Assembly: GCA_973851085.1 (NCBI GenBank)
Contig: OZ316775.1
Location: 3,782,001-3,846,000, forward strand
Length of the DNA stretch: 64,000 bases
Direction of reading: 5' to 3'
Origin: Ptychomitrium polyphyllum
Lineage: Eukaryota
Below are positions 13,635-24,941 of this stretch, one piece after another. Within the stretch, counting starts at the first letter, position 1; every line of letters begins with the position of its first letter. Both the position numbers and the translations under genes were made by a program. Under the pieces are notes generated by a model, which saw only the letters and a program-made list of their open reading frames with translations, was not told where the DNA came from and ran no database searches.

Positions 13635-14964
13635 TCATGAGTAGTATTGTTGTAGGAAAATTCAACTAATATCAAGTAGAATATCTAATCATCTTGTTGG
13701 TAGTTGATGGTACACCTTATATATTGCTCTAAAATCTAATTAATTTGCTTTATTTAGCTATCAATCTAAGGGTGGAAGACATAAGAAAATTTCATGTCCA
13801 CTTTAAAGATCTCAAAGAGTGATTTCCAAAATTTGGATACAAATTGTGGCCCACAATCCAATATAATATTGTCAGGCAGTCCATAATAGCAGTAGACATT
13901 ATCTATAAAGAAAGTGGTAGTCTCTTTTACTGTAATTGTTTTCTTGCAAGGTATAAAATGTGCCATCTTGGTCAACCGGTCTACCACTATAAAGATGGTG
14001 TTAAAGAATTTGTTGATAAAAGATCTTTGATGAAATCCATGGAAATAGATGACTACAATTGCCTTGGAATAGGCAATGGGTGGAGAAGTCTGTATGGGCT
14101 GTGTTTAGGATTCTTCAATTGAGAGCATGTCTTACATAAGAATACAAACTCCTTAAGGATTTTCTATATTTAAGGCCACCAAAAGTCTTAAGAGAGGAGT
14201 TCCAAAGTCTTATTGAATCCAAAATATCCAATAGCAAGAAAGTCATGCCATATTTGAAGTACATGAAGGCGGATTGGTTCTTTAGGAATATATAGATGTT
14301 CTTCAAAATATAAGAGATTGTTCTCAAATTTGAACTTAGATACATCTTCAAGAAGTTTGATGGAACAACACCTAATACCAAGAACAAGAAGGTCAGTTGT
14401 AAATGTTAGGGAAACAAAAAACAAGAAGCAAAAACGAAGTGTTTCCCAAGAATTAGCTTCCAAAGCGTTAATGATTAACAACAACTTGATACAAAGACTA
14501 GAACAACCCATGATTCAAGATGATCCACAACTTGTGTTGGCAAGACTAAGGAATACCTTGTCTTGCCTCCTATTTATACTATGATGTTTGTATCTCCTAG
14601 GATACTTCTAAAGAAGCTTCCTACAAGGCTTAACAATGTTTTGGAAGTCTAGGGAACCTTCTCAAGAAGTTTCCTAAGATGTTGGAACCTTCCTACGAGA
14701 CTTCCAAGGAATTGGAACCTTCCTTGGAAGTTTCTTAAGGTAGCGGAACCTTCTTAGGAAGTTTCCTAAAGAGGTAGAACCTTCCTAGGAAGTTTCCTAA
14801 GGTGATGAAATCTTTGTAGGAAGTTTCCTAAGAAGTTACCTAAGATGATAGAACCTTCCTAGGAAATTTCCTAAAGTGGAAGAACTTTCCTAGAAAGCTT
14901 CCTAAAAACATAGAAAGACTATGGAGACATCTAAAAGTATTCTAAGAAGCTATTTTAGTATACT

Positions 14965-14994
14965 AGAAGGTTCTAGAAGGTTCTAGAATGTTCT
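14965..14994. promoter_or_regulatory. Perfect six-pentamer heat-shock element in U3 of the A2 3' LTR
   Basis: aGAAg gTTCt aGAAg gTTCt aGAAt gTTCt; a four-pentamer version is at 20911-20930. Confidence 0.6.
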
Positions 14995-15675
14995 AAGGAC
15001 TATATTGCATAATCTATGTCCGTGACATCACCTCCCCATTTAGCGACGAGTCCCATGAGGAGCTCTTTTCTTGGCTTGCTTGTCACATTTCTACAAATTC
15101 CAAAATTTGTTGAAAGAATGAAGCAACATATTCTGCTCATTGTTCTTTGTTTACTAGTTCAACTGGTCCTTTCAAGAAGCGTCCATGGCTACCAGCCAAG
15201 ACTTTTGTTATTGAAATGTCCCATCCCAAGATCTAATCTTGATTAAGTCCTTCAAACATCCTCCAAACAAGATTTTGGGTCCTCCATAAGTGACTCTTCC
15301 AATTTCTAACAAGATGACTAGAGTGTGAGCATCTGAATTTGGAATGTAAAGGGTAACCAGTCAATACTTTTGCACGAGGTTCTACTCGGCGTTGGAATGT
15401 CCCTCTCATATCATGACTTAGATCCTCCGTTACCGAGGGCTAAGAAAGTTGAGTTGGTTCAATAGATGCTATTGTTGATGAAGGCATGGCCAACTGCTCT
15501 TCACGCATATCTATGATAATACAAAGATTTGACATACTAACTAGGATTTGGAAATGATATATCTTGGAAATAATGTTGCATACAATTGGAGGTTTGGATA
15601 TTTCTCCTCCCTTCTTATACGTGCTTATGAAGGAAATACTTCTCTGTGAAGCTAACGGCTACTAATGACACATCA

Positions 15676-18600
15676 TCACTGACCTGGTTTCTGAAGATAT
15701 CTTTGATGAAATTCGCGTACCTTTTCAAATGCATTTGTTATATTTGTTGAAGATTCCCATGTTTGGTCATTGATGCCATAATCTTGCCAATGTATAAGGT
15801 ACTCCACACGTCCGTTCTTGATGCTTGAATCTAAGATTTCTTCCACTTCATATTCAATTTCATTATTGATTTCTAGCGAAGGAGGCGGAGGGACAATTCT
15901 CTCTGGTATGCATGATTTGTTATAGGTTTCCAACAACGATACGTGGAATACTAGATGAATTTGCATGCTTGGTGGTAGCTTTAGGCAATAATTAATCGGA
16001 TTTATCTGTTTGCTGATTTCAAACGGTCCCAGCCTTTGATAGTCTAACTTCTTTAATGGTCTTTTTATTTATATATTTCGTCGTAGGAACCATATATTAT
16101 CTCCAACCTTGAACTTTGAATGGTCTTTTTGATGGCGATCTGCATAAGTTTTGTAACGATCTTGAGCTTGTTGTAACTAGAGGGTAATTTCTTGATGGAT
16201 TTTAGCAAGTTGAATTGCAAAATCCTCTGCTGCAAGACTTCCAACATGCTTAACTTGAAATGGATCTGCTCGAAGATAATGGCCATAGTTGGTAAAGAAT
16301 GGATTTTGACTTGTTGAAGAATGCACCATATTATTGTAAGCAAATTCTGCCAAAGGCAAGAGGTCCATCTAGTTGTTTTGCTGGTAGTTTATGCTACAAC
16401 GAAGGTACTATCCCAAAGTTTGATTCACACTTTTGGTTTGGCCATCAATTTGCGGATGATGTATTGAAGAAAAATTGATCTTTACACGCAACAGCTGGAA
16501 TAGAGCCTTCCAAAAATTGGAAATGAATTGCGGCCCCTGGTCAGATATAATATCATTTAGTAGCCCATGTATGCTGTAGACGTGATTTAGGAACAATTTG
16601 GCAATTTCTTCTCCCATCACCGTTTTGTTGCGTAGAATGAAATGTACTATTTTGATAAATCAATCCACCACTACCAAAATAGAATCCTTAGAATTGGAGT
16701 TTGGAAGGTCCGTGATAAAATACATTGATAAAGACAACCATGGGCCCTTTGGCACTGAAAGCAGATGGAAAAGACTATGAGGTTGGTGCCTTGATACCTT
16801 AGTTCTTACACAAGTGTCGCGTGCTCGAACAAAGTCCTTCACGTATTTCCACATTTGTAGCCACCAATAGTCTCTTGCAATCAACTCCATTGTTTTATTG
16901 AATCCAAAATGTCTTGCTGTTGGAAAATCATGACGTGCTTGAAGGATCTTCAACCGCAAAGGGCTTGGAGGTAGGTACAAAAGTCTTTTATAATAAAGTA
17001 GGCCCTCTTGGAATTCAAAGTCCTCATCGCTATTTGAAGGATTTCCATTGTCTTTGAGGCGCTTCTTTATATTTAAAATAAAGACGTCATTCTTCAAAGC
17101 CTTCCGAATTTCGTCAAGATGGAATGTTGTTGTAATAATGGCTGCGTTCAATTGAAGATTCTCAGGCTTCAATAAAATAGTCCTTTGTTGATTCAAAACA
17201 TCATCTCCAGGTTGAGGAGCTAAATAAGATCTTTGAGATAAAGCATCTGGCTTACCTTGCAAGGTACTAGATCGATAGGTAATGACAAAGTCAAATGTGG
17301 AAAGCGACATACTCCACCTTGCTTGATGGCGATTTAAAACGCGCACACTCATGAAATTCTCCAAGTTCTTGTGGTCTGTGTATATCATGATGGTATGTTG
17401 AGCTCCTTCCAATAAGTGTCGCCATTCTTCAAACGCATCCACAATTGCAAGTAGTTCTTTATCATGTATATCATAGTTGATCTCTGCCGCTGAGAACTTC
17501 CTTGAACGAAAGGCAAGAGGGTGAAGTCTCCCGTCTTCATCATATTGTGAGAGTACTGAACCAAGCGCAAATCTGAGGCATCTGCTTCCAAATTGAAAGG
17601 CTTTGATGGATTTGGATGAATAAGAATTGGAGCCGACGTGAATGACTTCTTAAGGCTTTGATATGCTTTTTCCGCCTCTTCATCCCAAATGAATTTTTGC
17701 TTCCCCATAAGACATGTTAGTGGTGTCGCAATCTTGGAATAATTCTTGATGACTATCTTGTAGAAGTTTGCAAATCCCAAGAAGCATTGAACATCTCAAA
17801 TTGATCTTGGCATACTCCACTCCATAACAGTGCTTATTTTTTTCTTATCCATATGGATTCTTCCTTTGGAAATGAAGTAGCCTAAAAATTCAATCGAGGA
17901 TTCATGGAAAAGACACTTCTCCAATTTGGCATATAATCCTTGCTGGAGTAGTTTTTCTAAGACCAATTGCACATGACCTTCGTGCTCTTGTTCATCTTTT
18001 GAATATATCATAATGTCATCTAAGTAGATGACTACAAAATCATCAAGATATTCATGGAAGATATCATTCATCATATGTTGGAAGACTGCAGGAGCATTAG
18101 TAAGGCCAAAAGGCATGACATTGTATTCAAAATGACCATACCTAGATTGAAAAGCTGTCTTCCATTTGTCTCCTTTTTTGATGCGTATAAGATTGTAGGC
18201 TCTTCTAAGATCAATTTTGGTGAATATCTTTGCTTGGCCAAGTTGTTGTAGGAGTCCTGAGATTGATGGTAATGGATAGCAATTCTTTTTTATTACTTTA
18301 TTGAGGCCTTGATAGTCCACGCACATACGTAATGATCCATCCTTCTTCTTTACAAATAGAATGGGTGCTCCAGCAGGTGATTTAGAGTGTTGAATGAAAC
18401 CTTTTCTAAGGTTTTCATCAATATGTTCTCTCAAGGCAACCAACTTAGTTTGTGATAAATTATAAATAGATCCAAAAGGTAGTTGGGCTCCTTCTTGCAA
18501 TTCTATGGTACAATCGTAAGGCCAGTGCTTTGGTAATATGTCCGCATTTTTCTTTTTAAAGACGTCTTTATAATCTTGATATTGACGAGGTATGTTTTGA

Positions 18601-19187
18601 TTAGTCTTTATTGTAGAGCTAGACATTGGCGTGGCATAAATATCATAGATTGGTTCATCCTTTGCCGTTCTCATAAATGCCTTAGCTCCAATAAATGATG
18701 GTCCAAGATTTCTCGTATCTGGGCGTCTTTCCCTTGAGACCACACTCTGTGAGCGCCAACCAATATTTGGATTATGTAATTCAAACCAAGGAAGGCCCAA
18801 AACAATAGGATTCGTTTGGCATTGAATGATGTTGAAGACAATCTAAGATGCCTGGTCTTCTAAGACAACTTCCAAGGATTGAGTTTCTTCAATAACGTTG
18901 CCAGACGCAAGAGATTGTCCATCAACAACTTCAACAGGTGCGGGATATTTTTTCTTCACAAGCACCATGTGATGTTTGGTTGCAAAATCTTTCTCTATGA
19001 AACATGCCGTTGCACCAGTGACTAAAAGATCCTCACTAATTATTTCATCATCTAACAACTTAATTTTGATAGGAAATGTAAAACAAGAGGTAAGGCTTGA
19101 AGGTAGTAAGAGACCTTGATTTGATGGTGGTTTCCTTGTGATGTCCAGTTGCATGGTCCTTATTGTGACTAGACAGCCTCGTTTTCC
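15676..19187 (-). pseudogene. pol: pol of A2: protease, RT, RNase H, integrase, chromodomain
   Basis: Protease remnant LLVTGATACF. RT motifs LRMCVDY, MPFGLTNAPA and YLDD. RNase H EADASD and YTDHKNL. Integrase HFGFNKT..C..C and ISDQGPQF. VFHVSLL then chromodomain YEVEEILD..YLIHW..Y...TWE. Broken by stops and frameshifts. Confidence 0.95.
19147..19187 (-). promoter_or_regulatory. Putative -1 ribosomal frameshift signal at the gag/pol junction
   Basis: GGAAAAC slippery-like heptamer followed by a stem (gtctagt...actggac). The same arrangement is present in B2 at about 61075-61117. Confidence 0.6.
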
Positions 19188-20179
19188 ATCTCCACCATTG
19201 TGCTTTGAGCCTTAAAGGCAGATCCTTTGATTTGGCAATCGTGCTTTTTATGTCCAGACTTGCTACAATACAAACATAAGTTTTCTCTTTGACGCCTTTT
19301 TTTTTCTTCTGGAGTCAAACGTCTGAACTGGGCAGCATTAATTTGCATAGATTCTGGTCCTTGTGGTCAATTATCCAATATTCTTGAAGAAGTGGTAGCC
19401 ATGCTTTGATGTACTGGTCGCCATCCCAAGCATTGTTCTTGGCACCTCTCAAATAGTCTCTTGTCACATGCTATTGCTTGAATGATGAATTCGTCCAATG
19501 TTTCAACTCTTGGCATGATGAGTAGCAAGTCCTTCATATTCTCTCTTAAGCCCCATCGAAATCGTGTGACGAAGGCTTTATCATTCCAATCAAGATCGCA
19601 AGCTAATTGTCGAAACTTTGCAGCATATGTAGCAACTGAGCGTTGTCCTTGTTGGAGACTCTGGATCCTTATTTCAGCCACCCTCTCTCGGTCGGTGTCT
19701 CCAAAAGTAGATGTCAATGCTTCTATGAAAGCATCTAAGTTGTCCAATAATGGTGGCTGCTTCTCCATTAGTGGTGCAAACCACGATAATGCATTGTTTG
19801 ATAAAAGAGTGGCCACAAATCCCACTTGAGTTGTGCCATCAGGATAGCAAGATTGATGCAAACTAAGGAAGAGTCTTACTTGTTGAACAAAGCCTCTCAA
19901 TTTTGATCTTGATCCATCGAACTTATCTGGCATGCAAATCTTTGGCTCTGCATGGGTTCAACGTAAGCCTTCCCTTCCAATATTGGCCTCTTGCAATCGA
20001 ACAACCTTTTGATATAGGCTTTGAATATCACTTTTGGATTCTTTAGCTTGTCGAGTGTGTTGCTCCAAATTGTTGGTGGTATTAAAACTGGCGAGTTCCA
20101 TTTGAACTGTGTTTAATAATTCTTGAAGGTCAGCAATAGTTGCAAATCTATTCTTTGATGTTTCAGGCACGTTATCCAT
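19170..20179 (-). pseudogene. gag: gag of A2 (coiled coil, capsid, CCHC zinc knuckle)
   Basis: PDKFDGSRSKLRGF, ALSWF and FRWGL motifs; knuckle CLYCSKSGHKKHDC at about 19235-19280; several in-frame stops. Confidence 0.9.
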
Positions 20180-23100
20180 TTCTTAAGATTGGCAAAGACC
20201 AAAAGACTATGAGTACCTTCAAAAAAGGAAAATCCATGTCCTTTAAAAGAAGTAATGGTTTTAGAAGGAGAAACCAACTCTATGGTGCCAACTTAGAGGA
20301 AGGTAATCCGCAACCTCTAAGACACTATGGAATCCTAAAGAAGATGAGTAATCCACAATCTTCTTCAAAGAATCTTAATTCTGACAAAGATAAAAAGTAG
20401 TCTTGCCAAACTGTTAGGGACACAAGAAACAAGAAGCAAAAATGAATTGTTTCCCAAGAATTAGCTTCCAAAGCGTTAATGATTAACAACAATTTAATAC
20501 AAAGACTAGAACAAAGCATGATTCAAGATGATCCACAACTTGTGTTGGCAAGACTAAGGAATACCTTGTCTTGCCTCCTATTTATACTATGATGTTTGTA
20601 TCTCCTAGGATACTTCTAAAGAAGCTACTTACAAGGCTTAAGAATGTTCTGGAAATCTAGGGAACCTTCTCAAGAAGTTTCCTAAGATGTTGGAACCTTC
20701 CTAAGAGACTTCCAAGGAGTTGGAACCTTCCTTGGAAGTTTCCTAAGGTGATGGAATCTTCATAGGAAGTTTCCTAAGGAGTCACCTAAGATGATAGAAC
20801 CTTCCTAGAAAATTTCTTAAGGTGGAGGAACTTTCCTAGGAAGCTTCCTAAGAACATGGAAAGGCTATGGAAACATCTAAAGGTATTCTATGAAGCTATT
20901 GTAGTATAGTAGAAGGTTCTAGAATGTTCGAAGGACTATGTTGCATGATCTATGTCCATGATAGTAAATGCCACACAAACTTGGTTAAGGAATGATGAAT
21001 CCATCGAAGCTGAAATAGTGGTTAAGCATATGCAAAATCGTTTAGACGTCAACATAGTTGCTTATTGTTTATTATGTGCTGCTTCTTCCTCCTTTGGCCC
21101 AATATATGATCGCCTAGACAAAGCACTTGACAATCCTTGTTGTTTTTTGGGTTGATATTTGATGCGGATATCAAATTGAAATAGAGACATATTCCAATGA
21201 ACTTGGCAACGATTCAAAACATGCATTGATATGAAATATTCTAGATTCTTGTGGTCCATATATACAATAATTGGATACATGGCACCTTCAAACAAGTGGC
21301 GCCATTCTTAAAGAGGATCTACAATTGTAAGGAGTTCTTTATTGTGAATCTTATAATTGATTTTTGCAGCTAATTTTTTTCTAGAATGGAATATAATTGG
21401 ATGTAGTCTCCCTGTTTTTCCTAGCTGCAATAATACTACTCCTAATGTAAAATTGGATGCATCTATCTCCATATAAAATGTCTTTAAAAAGTCCAAATAT
21501 ACCAAAATAAGGGTTGTAGTAAAAACTCATTTCAAAATTTGAAATGCTTCCTTGGCATCAAGTCTTCACTCAAACCCTTTTTTATATGTTAGCCATGTAA
21601 GTGGTGCAATTGTTTGAGAATAGTCTTTAATGAAGATCCTTTAGAAGTTTGCAAATTTAAGAAAATATTGGATATCACGGACGGATTTTTGCCTTGTTCA
21701 ATTATTAATTGCTTGAACGTTCTTTAGATCCATCAATAATCCTTTGTTTGAAATGATATCGAGAAGGAATTCCACTTAAAACTTGTCGAAGACACATTTT
21801 TCTAGCTTGGCATAGAATCCAACATCTTGTAGTTTTTGTAGGACTACACGGACTTGTCGTTCATACTCCTTTAGATTCTTTAAATAGATCAAGATATAGC
21901 ATTCAAATAGCATACGACAAAATCATTAAGGTATTTCTCAAATATATCAATCATTAGATGTTGGAAAATGGCAAATGTATTGATAAGTCCAAAGGGCATG
22001 ATATTGTAAGACAACTGTTTATATCTTATTCAAAATGTCTATCTTGTTCAAAATTCCGTCTTCCATTTGTTTCTTTCTTTGATGTGCACCAAGTTATAGG
22101 TTCTTTGCAAGTTTATTTTATTACAGATTTTTGCTCGACCAAATTGATTAAGAAGTCCATATTTCAACAACAATAGATATTGATTCTTCATCTTTACTTT
22201 GATGAGACCGCGGTAATCAATACACATTTATAAAGATCCATCTTTCTTCTTTACAAAGAATATTGGAACACTAGTAGAAGACATTCAATGTCAAATGAAG
22301 TTCTTGGCTAAGTTTTCATCAATATACTCTCTTAATGCCAAAATCTTATTTTGGGACAAATTATAGATGGATCCAAATAGTAGTTGAACGCCGTCTTGGA
22401 GGTCAATGGCACAATTGTAGAGACAATATTCTGATAGGGTGCTAGCATTCATCTTTTCAAATACATCTTGGAATTCCTTATACTTTTCTGGAATGATTGA
22501 TGATGAAACTGCATTTATAGACGGTGGAATTGCATATACAGCAAAAAAAAGTGCCATTTTTATTGCCCTCATAAATTTTTAGCTCCAACAAAGAGAGGCT
22601 TTATGGCCTTAGGCTTGTGAAATGCATGAACTTCTTTTCTAGCTTTGGTAATTATAAGCCCTAGTATTGAAAATTATATTTTATGGAATGCCCAATCTAT
22701 ATGCAAATTGTGTTTTTTGAACCAAAAGACCCCTATGATGATGGAATTTGAAATAGACCTAATAACATGAAACACTATTTGCCTAGTATGATTGTCTACT
22801 GTTACTTTTACTGTATTGGTCTCATGAATAACATCTCTAAAGGATAAAAGTTGACCATCTATGACATCTACTTGGACTGGTTAGGACTTTCTAATAAAAA
22901 AAAAATATTAGGTTTTTAAAAATTCTTTGTCAATAAAACAAGCAGAAGCCTCTAAATTTAATAGAGCAAGGCTTTTGAATTTTTAAACACCAAAACAAAC
23001 AAGTATAATAAAATAAGAGGAAAAGTGGACTAAAAAGACAGAACCTTTTTTTTCTTGCAAAGAAAGCGGATCCAGCCATATAATTGCTTCTATGGTTATA

Positions 23101-23523
23101 CGTCTTTGATTTCAAACTTGCATATATATGGCTTTTTTTCCAAATACTTATTTGAGGTAAACAAAGCCAAGGCTACTGAGAAATTGGTATATGGTCGTGA
23201 CGTAATCAAAATCTATTTATCTTACCGGCATTGAAATAGATGGTTATTGCACTTCAAAGCTTGATTGATGGCCTCATTAAATGTTTGGGAATCTAACATG
23301 GATAGCAACAAATCCTTAACCTTTTCAGATACACCCCAATGAAACTGACTCATTAACACTTCTTCTTCCCAAATGATGTCGCATATAAGTTGTTGAAATT
23401 TGATGCGTAGATTGACATAAAACGTGGCTTTTGGTGCAAGGCACAAATTTTAATAGTTGAAGAATGGAGCTTCTCATGATTACCAAATGCTTTTGCAAAT
23501 GTGGCTAAGAACGCATTAATGTT

Positions 23524-23692
23524 GCTAAAAGATTTTTAGTGTCAATAATGCATTTCTTATGGTCTAGTTTAGATCTTCTAACCTTGTATTTGTATTTTAT
23601 TATAACTCTTTACTTCTAATATATGTTGGACATATCTTATTCCATATCCTAGAGACTTAAAGTCTTGCCTTGTTGTTATTTTGTCCGTAGCA
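23524..23692 (+). mobile_element. Truncated family-B LTR fragment in opposite orientation inside B1 gag
   Basis: Reverse complement of the first ~170 bp of LTR B as read on plus, ending gtccgtagca. Left junction shows gctaa microhomology with gag. Confidence 0.8.
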
Positions 23693-24173
23693 CTAGAGTA
23701 CTTTTATTGCTTGATGATTATATATGGTTAGATAAAATTCTTCATTTTGCTTAGATTAAGCCTCGGTCTTGACTTTTGATGCTTCAAACGCATTGATAAT
23801 GGACGTAATTTGACTTCTTTTGAATCAATCATATTGACTTTGTCACTGCCCGGTATAAAAGAAAAATAGAAATTGCTAAATAAACAAAAATTAAGGAAGA
23901 TTCAAGAAGCAATATCAACCCAGAGGAAGATAATCCGCAAGTTTTAGAGTGCTATAGTACTTTCAAGAAGAACGATGCTTTGATCTCTATTAAGAAAAAC
24001 CAAGCTCTAATATTGTTGTATGACAATTTTAACAAATTATTACAAACAGAATAATAACAAGACAAGACTTTAGAATTTTAGGATATAGAACAAGATATGT
24101 CCAAAGTATATTAGAAATATAGAGCTATAACAAGGTATAAAGACAAGGCCAAAGGTCTGAACTAGAGTATAAG

Positions 24174-24714
24174 TGTCATGCACATAGATCATACAACATA
24201 GCCTTTAGAACCTTCTAGAACCTTTTAATATATTATAGTAGCTTCTTAAAATACTTTCAAATGTCTCTATAGCCATTTCTAGGTTTTTAGGAAACTTCCT
24301 TGGAAAATTTCACCACCTCAAGAAACCTCCTAGGAAGGTTCTAACTCTTTAGGAAACTTCCGAAGAAGGTTTCACTATTTTGGAAAAATTTCAAGAAATG
24401 TTCCAATTCCTTAGAAGCTTCTTAGGAAGGTTCCAATATCTTAGGAAACTTCTTGGAAAGGTTCTTTAGACTTCTAGAACATTCTCAAGCCTTATAGGAA
24501 GCTTCTTTAGAAGTATCCTAAGATATACAAGCGTCATAGTATAAATAGGAGGCAAGACAAGGTATTCCTTAGTCTTGCCAATACAAGTTGTGAATCATCT
24601 TGTATCCTGCCTTGTTCTAGTCTTTGTATTAAATTCTTGTTAATCATTAGCTCTTTGGAAGCTAATTCTTGAGAAACACTTCGTTTCCACTTCTTGTTTC
24701 TTGTGTTCTTAATA
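24174..24714 (+). mobile_element. Solo LTR family A (541 bp), inserted antisense into the 5' LTR of B1
   Basis: Reverse complement of LTR A; TSD ataag/acaag. Confidence 0.92.
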
Positions 24715-24941
24715 ACAAGATATGTATTGTTGACACTAAAGATCTTTTTAGCCTTAACTCCTATATATATTAGAACTACAAGCCTAAAAAACTTCTTGAA
24801 AATCTTCTAATACATTTCTTTGTACACAAGCAATCACAAGTTCCTTCCTTGGAAGCTTTTTAAGCCAAAATAACTTCCTTGGAAGTTTTCTAAATCTTCT
24901 AAGAACCTTTCTAAATGCTTCTAATATGTATGTCTGTGACA

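Larger units (their letters stand above)
14404..20963 (-). mobile_element. Full-length Ty3/Gypsy chromovirus (Tcn1-like), family A (copy A2)
   Basis: 3' LTR 14404-15027, 5' LTR 20412-20963, exact TSD GTAAA, PPT (aatggggaggtga on minus) next to 15027. Domain order gag-PR-RT-RH-IN-chromodomain. Confidence 0.96.
11231..24941 (-). mobile_element. Old full-length Ty3/Gypsy chromovirus, family B (copy B1), carrying nested insertions
   Basis: LTRs at 11231-11587 and 24038-24941 (the latter contains a solo LTR). Exact TSD TTATC at 11226-11230 and 24942-24946. PPT follows 11587. Decayed gag/PR/RT/RH at 20964-23500 and IN/chromodomain at 12200-14403. Confidence 0.92.

Noticed and set aside
14188..14584. 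Recurrent short ORFs (CSSLCIKLLLII / KKQKRSVSQELAS)
   Set aside because: They are translations of the same LTR A end in each copy, not genes.
23524..23692. LTR fragment as captured strong-stop cDNA
   Set aside because: It extends about 13 nt upstream of the predicted TSS, so a deletion product is more parsimonious.
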